Part shown: one piece after another, positions 61,882 through 64,000 of the stretch | Position numbering within the stretch: position 1 is the first letter of the stretch | How the letters are laid out: each line of letters begins with the position of its first letter | Assembly: GCF_003918875.1 (NCBI RefSeq) | Contig: NW_025767191.1 | Location: 2,914,001-2,978,000 of the forward strand | DNA from: Haliotis rubra | Lineage: Eukaryota | Length of the DNA: 64,000 bases | Direction of reading: 5' to 3' | Translations under genes and position numbers: made by a program | Notes under the pieces: model-generated | Database searches by the model: none | What the model was told of the DNA's origin: nothing | Seen by the model: the letters and a program-made list of their open reading frames with translations, nothing else

Positions 61882-64000
61882 ACTATTTGTTGTTTCTTAG
61901 GGATGCTATCATTGGTACATAACACTTCGATGTGTTTGTGTATTTTTGCTGCTTCCATCAGTACTGTTTTTTTGTATTCCTGCAATGAAGGTTCTTTTAC
62001 AGCGTAATTGTTTTTCATGGTACATATATTCCAGTAATGTAATTTCATTATACCTCAACGCACGTCTCTTCTAACTGTCCTGAACGCCACTTCACATTCG
62101 AACAGAGCTCTAACGCAAATGAACTACCATTAGTAATAATAAGTTATATTGATTCAAATAATATAATGCAGTTCATTCCACTGCGCCTCATGTTTCTTCT
62201 TGCCTTCTAAAACGCCTTCTCTCACGCCAATGGAACTTGTTATTCGAGCCCTTATTCTTTGACGTTAATCTTGTCGTTTGTAATAGTGATACATGTATTC
62301 ATTATTGGTCCAGAGTAAGCAGTTTGAGCCGGCGCTCACACTCATAAGTGGCTGTCTGACTTAGCCCCTTATATACCCTTGTGATACACACTGCTTACTT
62401 GAAGTTCTGCAACTATTGTCTCCAACTTCCTCTCTCAACTCATTTCCGAAAAAAATACAGAATTATTAATTAAAAGCGTATTGTAAATAATAAAAGGCAA
62501 TGAACATACGAGAAAGTCTGTATATTTGTTGTATATGACTGTCGATGTGGTTACGGGTAAATTTGTCAAATAACTCAGTAGTTAAAGGGTTTAGAACGTT
62601 TGATTCATTCATAACATCCGTGTTGCTATGTCAGTGATGTACGTTTGCTGCTATTCCTGGTCCGTTACTTTTCTTCATGACAACTTAGCTCTTAAACTCT
62701 GACGATTGGCCATTAACGCTTTCTAGTTCACCCAGCACGTTCCTTTCAAGAACGGCCATAAATCACCCGCGTGCTTTAATGTTAAACCGAAGATCAGAAT
62801 GCACATAAACATGAAGTAGTAGGGTAGAGGGCAACATTACAATACTCATTTATAAGATCTGACTGGATGGATAAACTGTTTCTAAAAGTTCTAGATGTGA
62901 TGAAGTTTTACCATGACATTTGATACGAAACAAGTTATGACACACTGAGCAGAATACATAACGGCAGTCAGTTCTGGAACTACAACACAGCTGAGGAATT
63001 ATGTTAGGAAATAGTGTTTGTAGAGATCAGTCTGCAAGAACCCATATGTTTACTGGATCATTACTTATGTCACAAAAATCGAGCAAAATGTGTTGCCGTC
63101 TTCCAAGTTACTTGGACGTCAACAATGTTACCGTCTTCCCATGTTGCTGTTACCATGCTGCTCGATTCTTGAGCACTTGGACAGACAAAATGTCATACAG
63201 TCACATATATCTGCAAAGGCCATGTTAAGGCATATCGAATGTCATAATGGTGCATGCAGCAAGGTCTTTTCTCCGTGTATCTGTGTTATTCATTTCAGAT
63301 TGATCTAAAAATTACTGAAAGCCAAACAAAGTTATTCTATGATTATTTGACTTCTCAATGTTATTATTGGTTGTACCCACACCTTTGCATTGTATCCATT
63401 GTTCTTTACTTTAGTTCTTGATATACATCTTATTTTCATCAAATAATCATATCATTTTGCACCATCTTTCAAGTAATCAGATATGAATAGCAGTTGGTTA
63501 ATAAAGACAAAAGTTAACTCTGGTGTTTGTCATCACATTGATCAACACATATTCTGGTCAAACATTTTCGTTTTTTTTTACATATTCAGTCATCACGGTC
63601 ACTTTTTTTGCAAGCAATTTCCAAACTGTTTGATATAATGGGTTCGGCAGTGCTGAAACTGCCTTGTGATGCCGGGATCAACACAAAAGTGGTTGAATCT
63701 TGGTAATTCCTAGATGGCCATCTTCATCATCTATCAGTTGCCTGCAAACTGGTCAAAGTGCTTGATGCTCTTGCAGACTCAGCATTTGGTCATAGTTGTA
63801 CCAAAATGCCTTGGAAAAGGGTGTCGATGCCACCCATTTTTCACGGGATGTTTCATGGACGACATCCAGCCGTCGAATGAAAACAAAAGAAGGAATAATT
63901 CTAAGATGCAATGTCTCCCTATGTAACAGACTTCAAGTGTTACCGTGTGCAAGTACATAAGCAACAGCAAATTCCTTTTAATACTCAAAAACATACTGTC

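Noticed and set aside
62700-64000. Possible decayed coding sequence on the minus strand
   Set aside because: Frequent stops in the frames examined and no family motif recognised; needs a translated search.

Overview
AT-rich, intron-containing animal genomic DNA with three assembly gaps. The SINE families present suggest a mollusc, probably abalone-like (inference). Three host genes can be reconstructed by hand: (1) the first coding exon of a probable receptor guanylyl cyclase (ANF-receptor domain) on the minus strand, running off the left edge; (2) a 4-exon, ~817-aa divergent class-A GPCR-like gene with a very long Ser/Thr-rich C-tail (22586-29310, +); (3) a complete 15-exon, ~658-aa SLC5 sodium/glucose cotransporter gene (41650-61881, +) with one GC-AG intron. 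The rest is mostly transposon material. The most striking element is a decayed ISL2EU (PIF/Harbinger-related) transposon at 5608-10308. Its two multi-exon genes (THAP-DDE transposase on +, SWIM-YqaJ nuclease on -) are mutually interleaved: each one's last exon lies inside the other's last intron. It sits as the innermost of three nested elements. Also present are a Kolobok-like insertion with its own empty-site paralogue, an intact-ORF Tc1 DD34E element, decayed Tc1, mariner, LINE and Penelope pieces, MITEs, two SINE families and a 32-bp minisatellite. All exon models were read manually and need RNA-seq confirmation; repeat boundaries are approximate unless termini are quoted.
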